Shown here: piece after piece, positions 1 through 14,086 of the stretch
How positions within the stretch are numbered: position 1 is the first letter of the stretch
How the letters are laid out: each line of letters opens with the position of its first letter
Assembly (NCBI GenBank): GCA_951406725.2
Contig: OX597817.1
Span: 4,588,001 to 4,652,000, forward strand
DNA from: Octopus vulgaris
Taxonomy: Eukaryota
Direction: 5' to 3'
Length of the DNA stretch: 64,000 bases
The notes under the pieces: model-generated
Seen by the model: only the letters and a program-made list of their open reading frames with translations
Database searches by the model: none
Told to the model about the DNA's origin: nothing
Program-made: the position numbers and the translations under genes

Positions 1-86
<86 letters not shown>
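1..86. repeat. (TA)n microsatellite, one of dozens in the window
   Basis: Pure TA dinucleotide run. Confidence 0.99.
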
Positions 87-820
<734 letters not shown>

Positions 821-837
821 GTATTTGGGTCTATGCA

Positions 838-1050
838 TTTGTGTGTCTGTGTGTGTCCGCCACCAGCGCTTGACAACCGATGCTAGTGTGTTTACGTCCC
901 TGTAAACTAGCGTTTCGGCAAGTGATACCGATGGAATAAGTTCTAGGCTTACAAAGAATAAATCCCGGGGTCGATTTGTTCAACTAAAAGCGCTGCTCCA
1001 GCATGGCCGCAGTCAAATGACTGATTTAAGTAAAGGAATAATAAATAAAA
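838..1050 (+). mobile_element. SINE family A, 3' half
   Basis: Matches the 3' halves of the copies at 14087-14490 and 23571-23985 (gcttgacaaccgatgct...ctccagcatggccgcagtcaaatgactga). Confidence 0.85.
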
Positions 1051-1597
1051 GCATATATATACATACTTATATACAGAGAGAGAGAGAGAGAGAGTGAGAG
1101 AATGAGAGGGAGAAGGAAAGAAGTAGTAAGGAATAGAAGAATTATTTTAAGCTGATTAATCTATCTAGTAAATAGATCTATTTCTGCATACCTATCGTCT
1201 CCTTTTAAACGTAAGGATATAGATATGAATGACAGTTATTAGGTACTGCTGTTTGATTTCATTTAAATGCACGTCATGCTGGAATACAATGCGTATTTAA
1301 CTACGTTTCTGTCATGATTTTATCGTAAGTGGGACCTCGCCACCACTTACACTGAGGAAGCGGTCAAAGTGAAGGGATGATATAAATAGTGGTTTTATAG
1401 ATTTCATAAGGATAGGATGGTGTTGAATTCCTCTCTATCTGTAGTATTTTGAGCTATCAAATACGAGATCCCTTAAGTTGCGTAGAAGTATTGCATTGCA
1501 GTATTCTGAGGTCTGCTGTTCTATATGAAACGTACGTAGCTGATAAAACATGACGTCTCCATTTTGTTATGCTTAAAAACGTATACATATACATACA

Positions 1598-1790
1598 TGT
1601 TCAAGTTTATACCTATAATTATTGGGGCCCTGGGATATGTGACACACTGCCTAAACATCAATCTTGAGAAATTAGGCTTCTCAAAACCAGAAAGAAGAAA
1701 GCTTATTCGAAGACTACAGATCCATCACTGGAACTGTAAAAATCTGTAAAACCTTCCGGAAGTTTATCATATGCAACTATATGCAACCAT
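1598..1790 (+). mobile_element. 3' fragment of a restriction-like-endonuclease (RLE) LINE, followed by (TACC)n/(TACA)n
   Basis: FIPIIIGALG...LEKLGF...RRLQ matches the C-terminus of RLE-type non-LTR ORFs. Confidence 0.6.
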
Positions 1791-2738
1791 AAGCATGAGA
1801 ATATATACATAAAACATTCAAATCTACAGCTACCTACCTACCTACCTACCTACCTACCTACCTACCTACCTATCTATCTAACTACCTACCTACCTACCTA
1901 CCTATCTACCTACCTACCTACCTAACTATCTACCTACCGACCTACATACATACCTACCTACCTACCTACCTACCTACCTTCCTACCTACATGCATACATA
2001 CATACATACATGCATGCATGCATAGATACATACGATACCTTGTTATTGATGTTGAAATTCCAATGAAGGAAGATCTACGTTAGAAACCAGTTCTTTCTTT
2101 ATTGTCAATAAATCTTGAAATAAACTGAATAATGACATATATACATACATACATTACGTAATATAGCATAACACAAGGCATTTTTATGTAGTTATGCATA
2201 AATACTATGCACTCACACTCACACACAAATATGTGCTTGTATATACGTAAGTTTCTGAATTGGTGTGTGGTCGTCGTGTACATTTGTATGTAGGCATTAG
2301 ATGAAATCTATCAATTTGTTGGGGGATTCAACACTAGAACTATGTCGATACGAGAAAAAGAATTTTGAAGGCATTACAACAAACTTGTTTATTTCAAAGT
2401 AAGTATTGTATAAACCTGCAGTGCACGATTTTGGAATTAAAAATTTGACTGTCATTTGGGCTTTCATATCCAGAAATTAAAATTTTGTTCCCAATAGTTT
2501 CAGATAATTATATACAATAAAATGCAATATTTCTGTCGGAAGAACATTTTTTGGACAAGATGTAATAACTAGAGAACTAATGATAGTGTAAACACTTGAG
2601 TTATTTCATATTGATTACATGTATACATAGACGTAGGCATATACACGGCATGCTTACTCACAGAATAACATAAATACACACGCAGGCACACAGAGATAGA
2701 TGAATAGATAGACATACAAATACACAAAGGGTGAGAGC

Positions 2739-2786
<48 letters not shown>

Positions 2787-3789
2787 GAGAAAGGAAGAAA
2801 GAAATTGAGGGATAGAGAAGGGCAAAAGAGAGAATGTATACAGCTTTTGTTTTGAGAAGTCTGTATTTTTATATTCCAAGGTAAAATCTGTAGAAAATGT
2901 TATGCATCTTAACTCTCCTCTGCCTCTATTTCCCTTTCTCTGTCTCTCTCTCCCTCATATATGAGTGTGTGTGTGTGTGTGTGTGGGCATGTGAGCGTCC
3001 GCATGTGAGTCTGTGTGCACGTACGCATCTTTGTGTGTGTGTGTATACAAATACAAAGACACATGCACACACACATACACACACACACACACATGAAAGT
3101 AAAAACGCTCTAATAAGCGGTGGAGTGAAAGAAAATCAGAATTAACCAGCAGTATTTTAAGGGCTCTTCAAATGCTAGAATCGCTGAAAACTTGAATAAT
3201 CGTTATTGTAATATTACTCCTGAGTTATATAAAGAAAAAAATACTTTCACTCTGGAGTTTTCATTACATCAATATTTATATGTCAGATAAATTGGCCTCT
3301 TCTGTGACACGAGGAAAGATATAAACTTTTGCAACATCATTTCCTTGGGAGATTTCGGGTTGTTATTATAAGGAGTATAAGAAGAAATAAATAACTGAAT
3401 CCTTTCATAACCATTGATATATAAGAGTTTTTTTTACTATTATCTAAAGTTTTTTCTTTACTTATATCATTTTAAATGCCTGTCGATTTAGAACTTTGTA
3501 AAGCTATTTAAATGGCATTCGGTGATGCTATGCGCTTGCGTAGTTTGTATGCATAAGCATTTTCAAGCACACACACACACACACACCCACCCACACACAC
3601 GTGATGTAGTGGAGTTAGGGAACAAAACTGGAAGCAAGTATAAAATATATAGAAAAGAAAGTGTGCATGCATTTATATATATATATATATATGCGTGTAG
3701 ATAAATAAATGTACATGTCCGTATCGGTATATATATGCGTATATGTGTGTATGTACATATATATGTACATACATGCATACATATATATG

Positions 3790-3969
3790 CGGCCATGCTG
3801 GAGCACAGCCTTTAGTCGAGAAAATCAACCCCAGGATTGATTCTTTGTAAGCCTAGTACTTATTCTATCGGTATCTTTTGCCGAACCGCTAGGTTACGGG
3901 AACTTAAAAAAACCAGCATCGGTTGTCAAGCGATGTTGGGGGGAGAAACACAGACGCACAAACACACGC

Positions 3970-3970
<1 letters not shown>
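3790..3970 (-). mobile_element. SINE family A, 3' half (5' half lies at 5697-5860)
   Basis: Reverse complement of the family A tail. Confidence 0.85.
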
Positions 3971-4005
<35 letters not shown>

Positions 4006-4033
4006 TTGTGTGTGTTTGATTTTTATATATATA

Positions 4034-4333
4034 TCACCATGACCGACGAGGCTATCAGATGTTGCTACACATCGCTGGTCACAATGCGCTTCGCATTGTT
4101 TTTTAGCCTTCAAATGACGCCAGCCCGTTGGCTAAGCGAGCAGGCCAACAGAAGAAAGAGTGAGAGAAAGTTGTGGCGACAGAGTACAGCAGGGATCGCC
4201 ACCACCCTCTGCCGGAGGTCGTGGAGCATTAGGTGTTTTCGCACAATAAACACTCACAACGCCCGGTCTGGGAATCGAAATCGCGATCCTACGACCGCGA
4301 GTCCGCTGCCCTAACCACTGGGCCATTGCGCAT

Positions 4334-4336
<3 letters not shown>
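4034..4336 (-). mobile_element. tRNA-derived SINE family B
   Basis: Minus-strand head ggatgcgcaatggcccagtggttagggcagcggactcg...tttcgattcccagaccggg contains A-box and B-box-like motifs. Confidence 0.8.
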
Positions 4337-4400
<64 letters not shown>

Positions 4401-5690
4401 CGATGGGCGTTCAATAAGTAATGCCTCTGACCCACTTGCAGTTGTTTGATCTAGCTGAAAGTTTGCATGTGCAATTATTTCTATCTCTATAGATTAAGTG
4501 GAAAATTATAGCTCTGAACTAATTGTGGTTTCTGATTTACAGGTGTTTGAACCGAGTCAAGTGTGAAATGGAGCCTGTTGAGTGTCGAGCAGTGATCCGG
4601 TTTTTGTATTTGAAAGGACGCACACCACGGGAGACTCTTGATGAAATGAAAGTAACTTATGGTGATGATGCCCCATCATATGACCTTGTAAAACGCTGGC
4701 ATCGTGAATTCAAACATGGTCGGAACTCTGTGGAAACAGCTCCCAGATCTGGTCGTCCCCCTTCTGCCATTGATGAGGCATCTGTCCGTCAAGTTGAGGC
4801 TGCCATTTTGGAAGATCGACGCATAACTATTCGCCAAATAGCCCATGAGGTCAAGATTAGTACCGGTCTGTGGAAACTATCATTCATGACCATTTGCATA
4901 TGCAAAAGGTGTCTGCCAGATGGATTCCCAGGTTGCTCGCACCTTTCCAGAAGCAAGAACGCGTCGAGTGCTCGAGGATGAATTTGGAGATGTGCCAAGA
5001 AGATGAGTCAAAATTTTTCAAAAGACTGATTACACAGTATGAAACCTGGGTCCATCACTATGATCCAGAGACCAAAGCCCAGTCAATGCATTGGAAGCAC
5101 CGTGACTCACTCCTCCAAAGAAGGCAAGGGTGCAGCCCTCCGCTGGCAAGGTCATGCTCACAGTCTTCTGGGACCAGGACGGAGTAGTGATGACAGATTT
5201 CCTGGCAAAGGGTACCACAATTACAGGAGCCTATTATGCTTCACTTTTGAGGAAATTAAGAGAAGCTATCAAAATCAAGAGGCGGGGCAATATCAGCAAA
5301 GGCATCCTCCTCTTGCAGGACAACGCTCCGGTCCACAACTCGCGTGTCGCCAGATCAGAAGCACAGGCGTGCGGCTATGAACTCCTCCCCCATCCCCCTA
5401 CTCTCCTGACCTTGCACTCTCTGATGTTCACCTCTTCCCAGCCATGAAGTTGTTTTTGAAAGGAAAGCGTTTCCCAGATGATGCAGCTTTGATTTCTGAA
5501 GTCAAATCGTGGTTGGAGGACCAAGCTGGGATCTTCTACAAAAACGGTCTCCAGAGCTGCGTCAAACGGTGGGAGAACTGCGTAAATCTGGGTGGTTTTT
5601 ATGTAGAAAAAGACTAATAACTGTGCCAAGTTTCGTTGCTCTACTGCAATGGGAAGTGGGTTAGGGGCATTACTTATTGAACGTCCCTCG
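4401..5690 (+). mobile_element. Full-length mariner (Tc1/mariner, DD34D type) DNA transposon, 1290 bp
   Basis: 37-bp TIRs at 4401-4437 and 5654-5690 (4 mismatches by eye), TA on both sides, transposase remnant inside. Confidence 0.95.
4568..5617 (+). pseudogene. Frameshifted mariner transposase
   Basis: N-terminal HTH region (MEPVECRAVIRFLYLKG..., PRSGRP), WIPRLL, ITQYETWVHHYDP (first catalytic D replaced by Y), LLQDNAPVH and YSPDLALSD. Frameshifts near 4868, 5110 and 5400. Confidence 0.93.
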
Positions 5691-5696
5691 TATATA

Positions 5697-5860
5697 TAGG
5701 ACGGGCTTCTTTCATTTACCGTCTACCATATCCACTCACAAGGCTTTGGTCGGCCAGGCTATAGTAGAAGACATTTGCCCAAGGTGCCTCGCAGTTGAAC
5801 TGAACCCGGAACCATGTAGTTGGTAAACAAGCTACTTACCACACAGCCACTCCTACGCCT
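5697..5860 (-). mobile_element. SINE family A, 5' half
   Basis: Reverse complement of the head aggcgtaggagtggctgtgtggtaagtagcttg...ggttccgggttcag. Confidence 0.85.
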
Positions 5861-5864
5861 GTGT

Positions 5865-5907
<43 letters not shown>

Positions 5908-6199
5908 CGCGCTCAAATTCGATATGTAGATCCCTACGGTATCAGGGCGTGTATAAGTCTTGAAAAAATTACAAAATGGATTCCAGGTGAGAATGCGATC
6001 GATAAAGCCGTGTGAACGTGCATTTGTACGCGCAAGTACATCAGTCGAAATCCGTCTTTTGCTGGTGTCTCAAATTTAGGTTAAATCAGTGTATGTGAAA
6101 GGGGAGTCCTACGGGACAGTCGGACAAGTTGTTTTGAGAAAATTTGGTTTAAACGTTCGACAACTCAATACCGTCCATTGGACGGGGAGCGTTTGGCTC

Positions 6200-6258
<59 letters not shown>

Positions 6259-6869
6259 TAGATAGATATGCATTTACAGAGAGAGAGAGAGCATACAGAT
6301 AAAATTGCATAAAGCGACGTATTGTAATAGGCAAAAACAAGAAGTATTCAGGTAGGTTTATGGCTAAAACTCTGACTTCAACTGCGACTGAAAGAACAGT
6401 GTTGTGTTTGAGCGGTTTGATATATACAAGAAAGAACGAGCAGGCAAAACATATGGCATCACTTAAGAGCACTGAATTTATAATACAAACATAATTATAG
6501 AATTGTTAAAACGGAGTTGGTGGACAAAAGGTTCCACTACAGCACTTACCTTATAACGACTCTACGTTTATGTTTTAATGATATATTCCATATATATATG
6601 ATGTGAATTTGCTACCCAGGTATCGGTTAACCGAATTATCCATAACAAGATAATTCATTCAACTACTCAAATATATATATATATATATATGTTCGTTTAT
6701 TTCTTATAAGCTTGGGCCATACTGGAACGCCGCCAGTGTAATGCCCTTTTCACTACCCAATCTTATGTAATTGGTTTTTGGTGGAGAAGGGAAGTCAACA
6801 GTGCTTCCGCCTTTTGATTTGTCCTGCCTTGATATAGGTTCATCTAGGGACCATGGAGGTCAACTTGTT

Positions 6870-7630
6870 TCTTGAAAACTTTTACCCACTTTCTAAAATC
6901 GAGATTATTCCCATCCAAGTTTTAGCAATTCATTAATTGTTTCAACACCTACATATAATACTGCTGAGGCTTTGCAATGCAGCTTCTTCTTGAGCAGAAG
7001 CCATGCTGGATACGAGGGAGCGAGCCATTATATTTAAAGAAAACAATCAGTTTCCTCGTCACAATGCGTTCCATGATTTTGCTGACATGGGAGGTTAGAG
7101 AGAAAAAACTATGAGTTTTATCATCTACTCTTGCTACTTCCCTTACGGATAGGGCATCTTATGCCTTCCTAATATTTCAACTGTCTCCCTCAAATGTTTT
7201 GGCCAGGCGTCAATTAGCTGTCGGCCCTTAAATACAGAGTTATTGCAGTACACGGTCCACACTCTAGACTGTAGAGCTGAGAACTTTGGAACAGTGCAAT
7301 GATGTCCTGTTCTAGGGCTGGTACAGCTCTCATACCGACCCTTTGTGCCAGACCCTTCGGGATCTCCTATACATACATCACTGCATACCTCTCCTGTCTT
7401 AGCTCCAAGAAGTAGAGCCGTAGCTCTTTCAGTCTCTCCTACTAGCTCCGCTGTTCTCTTGATGGAAACTTCCAATTTAGAACCGCTGAACTGTCTCAAG
7501 TTCTGCTATTAATTTGACACAATCCAATGACCGCAATTGAGAGCGGTTGTCCAGACGGCTGAGCACAAATATCCTTCATAGAACCGACATAGCTTCTTTG
7601 TCACTTGTTCTGAAGTTTCTCAGGCTCTGA
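6870..7630 (-). mobile_element. Degenerate CR1/L2-type LINE ORF2 fragments
   Basis: Minus strand gives SLTSHVSKIMERIVTRKL...IQHGFCSRRSC (RT domain start) at about 6870-7140 and TGHHCTVPKF...FKGRQLIDAWPKHLR (C-terminal region) at about 7143-7500. Confidence 0.75.
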
Positions 7631-8149
7631 AGGTTCTACGTATGTATGTATGTATGTATGTATGTATGTATGTATGTATGTATGTATGTATGTATGTATG
7701 TATGTATGTATGTATATACTGACACCCATCATTGTGCGTGCATTTGATATTGCAGAGAGTAATATTCTTTAAGGCAGCCGGTGTGTAACCGGCATATGTA
7801 TTGAGATTCAACTGGGATGCCTGTAGTTATGACATTTTTAAATTTCAGTATTTAAGTTATTATCAACCAAATCATCTATACAAATATTGCTATTACCAAT
7901 CATGTAATTCACCAATGGATTGTGGAAGGTTACAGAAAGCATTATTGTTGCTCTGGACAGCTGAAGATTGTTCGACCGTGTCTTGCATTCAAAACTGCTA
8001 TCAAATTGTCTATCTATGGGTCATTGTAATCTCGCAACTATTAAATCGGTAGCTTACTTTCTGATCAAAATCCTACCGCTGTTATTCATAATCCTACCGC
8101 TGTTATTCATGGAGATTAATGATTAATGGTGAACCCCCAACATGAATGT

Positions 8150-8480
8150 AGCCATGTTGGAGGTCACCCGTTCGTTTAGCCAAACGAATCAATCCTAAGA
8201 CTTAATCTGTAAAGCATATTATTCTATCGTTTCATTGTGGCGAACCGCTATGTTACCAAAGCATTAACTAAACAATGCCAGTTGTCAAACCGTGTGGCGG
8301 ACAAACACAAACACGCGCATAGTTATACACATATATATCCACCAAACCTCTTTCAGTTTCTGTCTACCAAACCGACTCACGAGTCTTTGACAAGTTCGGG
8401 ACTGTAGCAGAAGATACATGCTGAAGGTGATACGCAGTAGATTTGAAACCGGAACCAGGCGGTTGGGAAGCAAACCTCTT
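8150..8480 (-). mobile_element. Diverged SINE family A copy
   Basis: Diverged reverse-complement match to family A. Confidence 0.7.
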
Positions 8481-8651
8481 ACCAAATAATCATCATAAAA
8501 ATCTTTTTCCTTTCCGAAGATCAGTTACTGGTCTGCGAGTAATATGCGGCACCGCCTTCCTGAATACCATTAATTACTACAGGCTAACGAGCACATATCC
8601 CTCTCTGAGTTTTGCCAAGTCTTTCTTTCAATCATTCTTTCTTTCTTTGTT

Positions 8652-8725
<74 letters not shown>

Positions 8726-8863
8726 GGATGTAATATATGTAATATATATATATATATATATACCGGATGTAATATATGTAAACTAACCCATGTGCGTCGT
8801 TGATGTTGGTCAGTTGGCTGCCCGGCTTTGACGATGTGGGGTCGTTTATTTATGATACGCCCA

Positions 8864-8910
8864 GACTTGCTGATGAATACAGAGGTATGAAATCACAGGT
8901 GATACAAGTC
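8864..8910 (+). ncRNA. Type I hammerhead ribozyme, intact core, predicted cleavage after 8904
   Basis: GACTTG-CTGATGA-ATAC agag GTAT-GAAA-TCAC ag GTGA-TA-CAAGTC; all three stems are Watson-Crick paired. Confidence 0.92.
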
Positions 8911-9320
8911 CATATTTTAAATGTCTTACTTTGAAAAATTGCATTCGGTGGGATTAGTAAAATTTTTGGTAGAAATGACTAATTTTGTCCCTCTTAGCGT
9001 GTGGCATGTATGTATAATAATGCCCTCTATATATAAATTTAATATGTTCAATGAGAAAGAATTATTTTCGAAAGTTTTTCTCTTATGAGGTTTTTCACGC
9101 TATCTACCCGATAATTTCTTGTTAAGTTTTCCTTATTAAGAAGTTGTCCTTAATTGCTAAATTTTTATTCCGAAAAAACTTCCTTTCCCGAAATGCAATT
9201 CGTAAAAGTCTGATATTTACCGGATGTAATATATGTAAACTAACCCATGTGCGTCGTTGATGTTGGTCAGTTGGCTGCTCGGCTTTGACGATGTGGGGTC
9301 GTTTATTTATGATACGCCCA

Positions 9321-9367
9321 GACTTGCTGATGAATACAGAGGTATGAAATCACAGGTGATACAAGTC
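9321..9367 (+). ncRNA. Type I hammerhead ribozyme, intact core, predicted cleavage after 9361
   Basis: Identical to 8864-8910. Confidence 0.92.
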
Positions 9368-10775
9368 CATATTTTAAATGTCTTACTTTGAAAAATTGCA
9401 TTCGGTGGGATTAGTAAAATTTTTGGTAGAAATGACTAATTTTGACCCTCTTAGCGTGTGGCATGTATGTATAATAATGCCCTCTATATATAAATTATAT
9501 ATATATATATATATATATACTCACATATTTTCACATAGATGCATTTATGCATAGGCATATACACATGAACGATATTGTATATATATACACATATTTATAT
9601 GAATATATATATGTTATACACATATATCCACACATATATCTATGTATACATACGTATATTGTATAAATACCTATAGATATATACTTAGACATACACACAT
9701 GATACATACACACATATGTATACCGGCATATAATGTTGATACAACGTCCGAATACAAGTTGGACACAGAATGATAACATAATACACAAAATGCAATTATA
9801 AGTTACATTCATATAAAAAATTTACCAGATTACAAAGAAATTAGCCCTTGGTTTCTCTTACGGTTTGGCATTTGGAAGCCAAAGTTTGATGCACTTTTAT
9901 TTCAATATCTAGTTCTAATCTTTTACCAAGGATAAGGGCAATGCCTTGCTTTCTGTAGTATTGCCTTATTTTATTGCGAGTGTTTCCTATTTCAAATTAC
10001 TCGACTGTTGGACTCCGAATGATTTTCGGAAAGGCATCGTAATATCTTGAACATATAAATGGATATTGAAGATGCTGGAGAATAAAGATAACCGCCATCA
10101 AGATAGATTCTTATGTATACATATATGCTTGCTTAGACGTATACACCGGAAAATCTACATATATGTAAGTAACCTACACACACATAGGGGAACTCATACA
10201 AACACAAATAGATAAACGCACAAAACACCCAAAAACATATAAATATTTATGAGCTAATCATTAGAATACGAAATATAGATGTTTTAATATATTTATTTCT
10301 GCATTTCTCAACTGCGATTTTCTCGAACTCGTCGTTTCTGATAAATTGAAAAAGTACTGCTAAAGTTAAAGAAAGTATATTGCTTAGATACGTATAAAAT
10401 TTACGTACTGCAAACACTAAGACACAAGATAACACACACCCACACACGAGCAAACTCATGCAAATACTCACACAGACGCGTACACTAACATATATATATA
10501 TAAGCATAAACATATACACTAAGTAAATGCATAGAGTTTTCAGAGGAAGTTGGACAGATCTCAATGACTGCAGAACGATTCATTATGTATACACACACAC
10601 ACACTCATATATATGCATACATGCATCATATTATTATATGATTATATATGCGTGCATATATGTATATATATATATATATATATAAATTTATACACACACA
10701 CACATATATATATAATATATATGACTGTGTGTGTGTCTATGTATGTATATATATAATATGTATATATATATGTAA

Positions 10776-10856
<81 letters not shown>

Positions 10857-10896
10857 CATACATATATATATACATATATACGTACATACATATATG

Positions 10897-10963
<67 letters not shown>

Positions 10964-11613
10964 ATATATATATATCCTTGTCTCTCTTACACTGTGGTCC
11001 ACTCAAAGAGAAAGGAATGCAGTGATGGAGAGCAAGAAAGAGAGAGCAAGAAAGAGAGACAGACAGTAGACAGACAGAGAAACAGAGAATGCGGGCTGGA
11101 GAGAGTAAATTAAAAATAAAAATCGAGAAGAAAAGGAGAAAGAGCATCGAGAGTCAGGGATTGACTGAGTGATGATGAGAGAGAATAAAAACATTTGCTC
11201 ATATTCGAGCCCATAGAAAAACGGATTCCAATAAAATTGATGACCTTCCCGGTTATGCACACGATACAACATCACGTTGTAAAGCTAAATAAATATAACC
11301 CACAATACATTTGGTAGGAAGATAAATCTTGCTACACATTCGACTAAATTATTAATGGCTTTCGAAAAGCAGTTTTCTCATTAAATTTATTGTTGATGGT
11401 CTTTTCGTTTCCTGATATTAATATGTTATTATTATTAATAATATTTTGGTTGCTGTCAATGTTCTTGTTGTTCCTATCATTGTTATAATAACCGTCGTCG
11501 TTGACTATAGAGTTGTCATACTTCTTTTGTTTCAGAGATTCACAATATTTAGTGGAGTGATGTTACTCAGTGATTATTACTTATCTCATGTACATATTCG
11601 TGCATGCGCAAAC

Positions 11614-11736
11614 AAACGTAGAAACACACACAGAATTGAATAGGAGTACACACACACTCATTCATGTACAAAACCATACACTCTACAAGCATACAAATAT
11701 ACATATAGTCAATTATACAGACATACACACACACAA

Positions 11737-11830
<94 letters not shown>

Positions 11831-11981
11831 GTATATGTATACATATACATATACATGCACAAATAAACGTAGAAACACACAGAGAATTAAATAGGGGTAC
11901 ACACACTCATTTATGTGCGAAACCATACATAATTCAAACATACATAAATACATATAGTCAATTATACAAACATACACACAC

Positions 11982-11988
<7 letters not shown>
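11614..11988. repeat. Diverged local duplication of about 120 bp separated by (TA)n
   Basis: aaacgtagaaacacac...tagtcaattatac occurs at about 11614 and about 11865. Confidence 0.8.
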
Positions 11989-12026
<38 letters not shown>

Positions 12027-12039
12027 TATTTATATGTAT

Positions 12040-12082
<43 letters not shown>

Positions 12083-12465
12083 GATGTATATATATATATA
12101 TATTTATCTTTATACACGTAAATATGTATTTATATTTTAAAATATTTATGTGTGTGTGTAATGCAGCTTGAAAATGTGTATATTTTCGCAAAATATACGT
12201 CCATTCTCTTTCTTCTCTCCTCCCCCTCTCCCCACAACTCTCATTCCGTTTTTATCTATATGATTATGGCCGTTTGTGCAGATGTGTGTGCATTTATATC
12301 TGTATGTGTTTTATTTACTTATTTGGGCATGTTTTATGAAAATGTACTTTATTTTTTTTTTTACAAGATATGTACAAGATACAAATCCTTTTCTCTGTTT
12401 TTATAGTATTGTTTGTAGTATAGTTATGTATGCGTGTGTGTTGATTTCTTTGTGTGTTTGCTTGG

Positions 12466-12549
<84 letters not shown>

Positions 12550-12563
12550 TCGCGCTTGGTTAT

Positions 12564-12595
<32 letters not shown>

Positions 12596-14086
12596 GTATA
12601 TATACGTGTGTATGTATGTTACTTTCCGAAAAACATTCACATATCTGTACGATACGTATTCAGTGTGTACATAGACACACACACACAAATACACTTATGT
12701 GTCTTTATTTACATATGTGAATATATATATTTGGAGTTTGTACAAATATTTATATCCGTAATATGTGTATGATGTAATGGTTTTATAGTTCGAATATTTT
12801 TTTTCGGGAGAAAGCAAAATAAAGTCAGAATATAGGAAAAAATATAGAAAAATATGTTAACAAATGGTGAAAAACAAGAATGAACTTCTAAAACTAAACT
12901 GGATACAGAGATAGATGATTGTGTTTAACTGAAAAAGAGAAAGGAAGAGTGAGATAGAGATCGGGAGAAGGAGAGGTGAGAATGTTTGAGAAAAAGAGAA
13001 CTAAAGAGAGAGGAAAGAGTAATGGTGTATGGATGTAAAAAATAAGAAAAGAGAAAATCCACTAAAGGATATATGATGGTGCCGAAAATCTAAAATCAAG
13101 AAGAAACTGTAGTAAGATTGAATACGAAAGAAAAATAAAAGAAAAGTTTATATTTGATAGAGATAAGGGGAAATCTGTCTGAATGTCAATCAAATTTAAA
13201 AAAGAAATGTTAGAAATGAAAAATAAAATAAAGAAGGAATGCAATAAAAGCAGGCAGAAGAAATGAAGGAATAAAAAGGGAAAAGAATAGGTCGGCAGGA
13301 AAGAGTTACTGAGAAATCCAGTTAGCGAGAAAATGGCAATGAAAATCGGAAATAAAGAAAAGAAGGAAAGAAGTGACTAAAAAAAATAATGAAATGAATC
13401 AGATATTTATTAAAAAAAAAAAAGAACGAAAAGGAATTTATCAAAGAAATTTATCAGATATTGATTGAAAACACTTGAAAGAAATTTCTTGCAGTAAAAT
13501 AATTAAACAAATATAAATAAAATAAAGAATTAAATTACGAAAGAAAATCCCTTGAATTAAAGACATTTTTTAAATGATGAAAGCAAGATAGGACGTGTAT
13601 AAAAAATAGGGAAAACAAAGAGCGGAAGTATAATAGAATCAAGGGATTAAGCAAAAATGTTGCAAAACTAAAATGTTACGCCATCTTGTTTCTCGCTTTA
13701 TTACATTTTACCAAAGAGGGAGAAAGAGGGGAGGAGGGGTGGAGAGAAGAAATAGTGGTTGCGGTAGATAAGTTATTTTCCAAGCAACTGGAGAAGCAAT
13801 AGATCAACTTCACTGCCTCTGCTTCTTTATATTTTCGGGTAATTTCATTCTCATTCTTTTGTTTCAAATTATAATGATCCATGGGACCAATCTTAACTCT
13901 AATTTTCCTAAAATAAAAGAGAGTCAAGAAACTACTGCTTCCTCGAGGATTCAACATTATAGACCATTAGCAATTCTTATAGTGCTTCTTTTTCTGCCTG
14001 CAGCATCCAAATACAGGCACTCCATGTGGTTATTAAGGGTGATAGCCATAGTAGCTAAAACCTTCTCAAAATTGCTCACAAATGCT

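Larger units (their letters stand above)
8761..9496 (+). mobile_element. Retrozyme-like element: 279-bp direct repeats with a 457-bp period, each carrying an intact HHR, inside (TA)n
   Basis: 8761-9039 equals 9218-9496 with 2 substitutions seen by eye; no ORF; (TA)n on both flanks. Confidence 0.85.

Noticed and set aside
1505-1545. CTGAGGT...GAAACGTACGTA, resembling an HHR
   Set aside because: The core is incomplete and stems I and II do not form; at most a relic.
8090-8110. 21-bp tandem duplication aatcctaccgctgttattcat
   Set aside because: Ordinary local slippage; two copies, not a CRISPR-like array.
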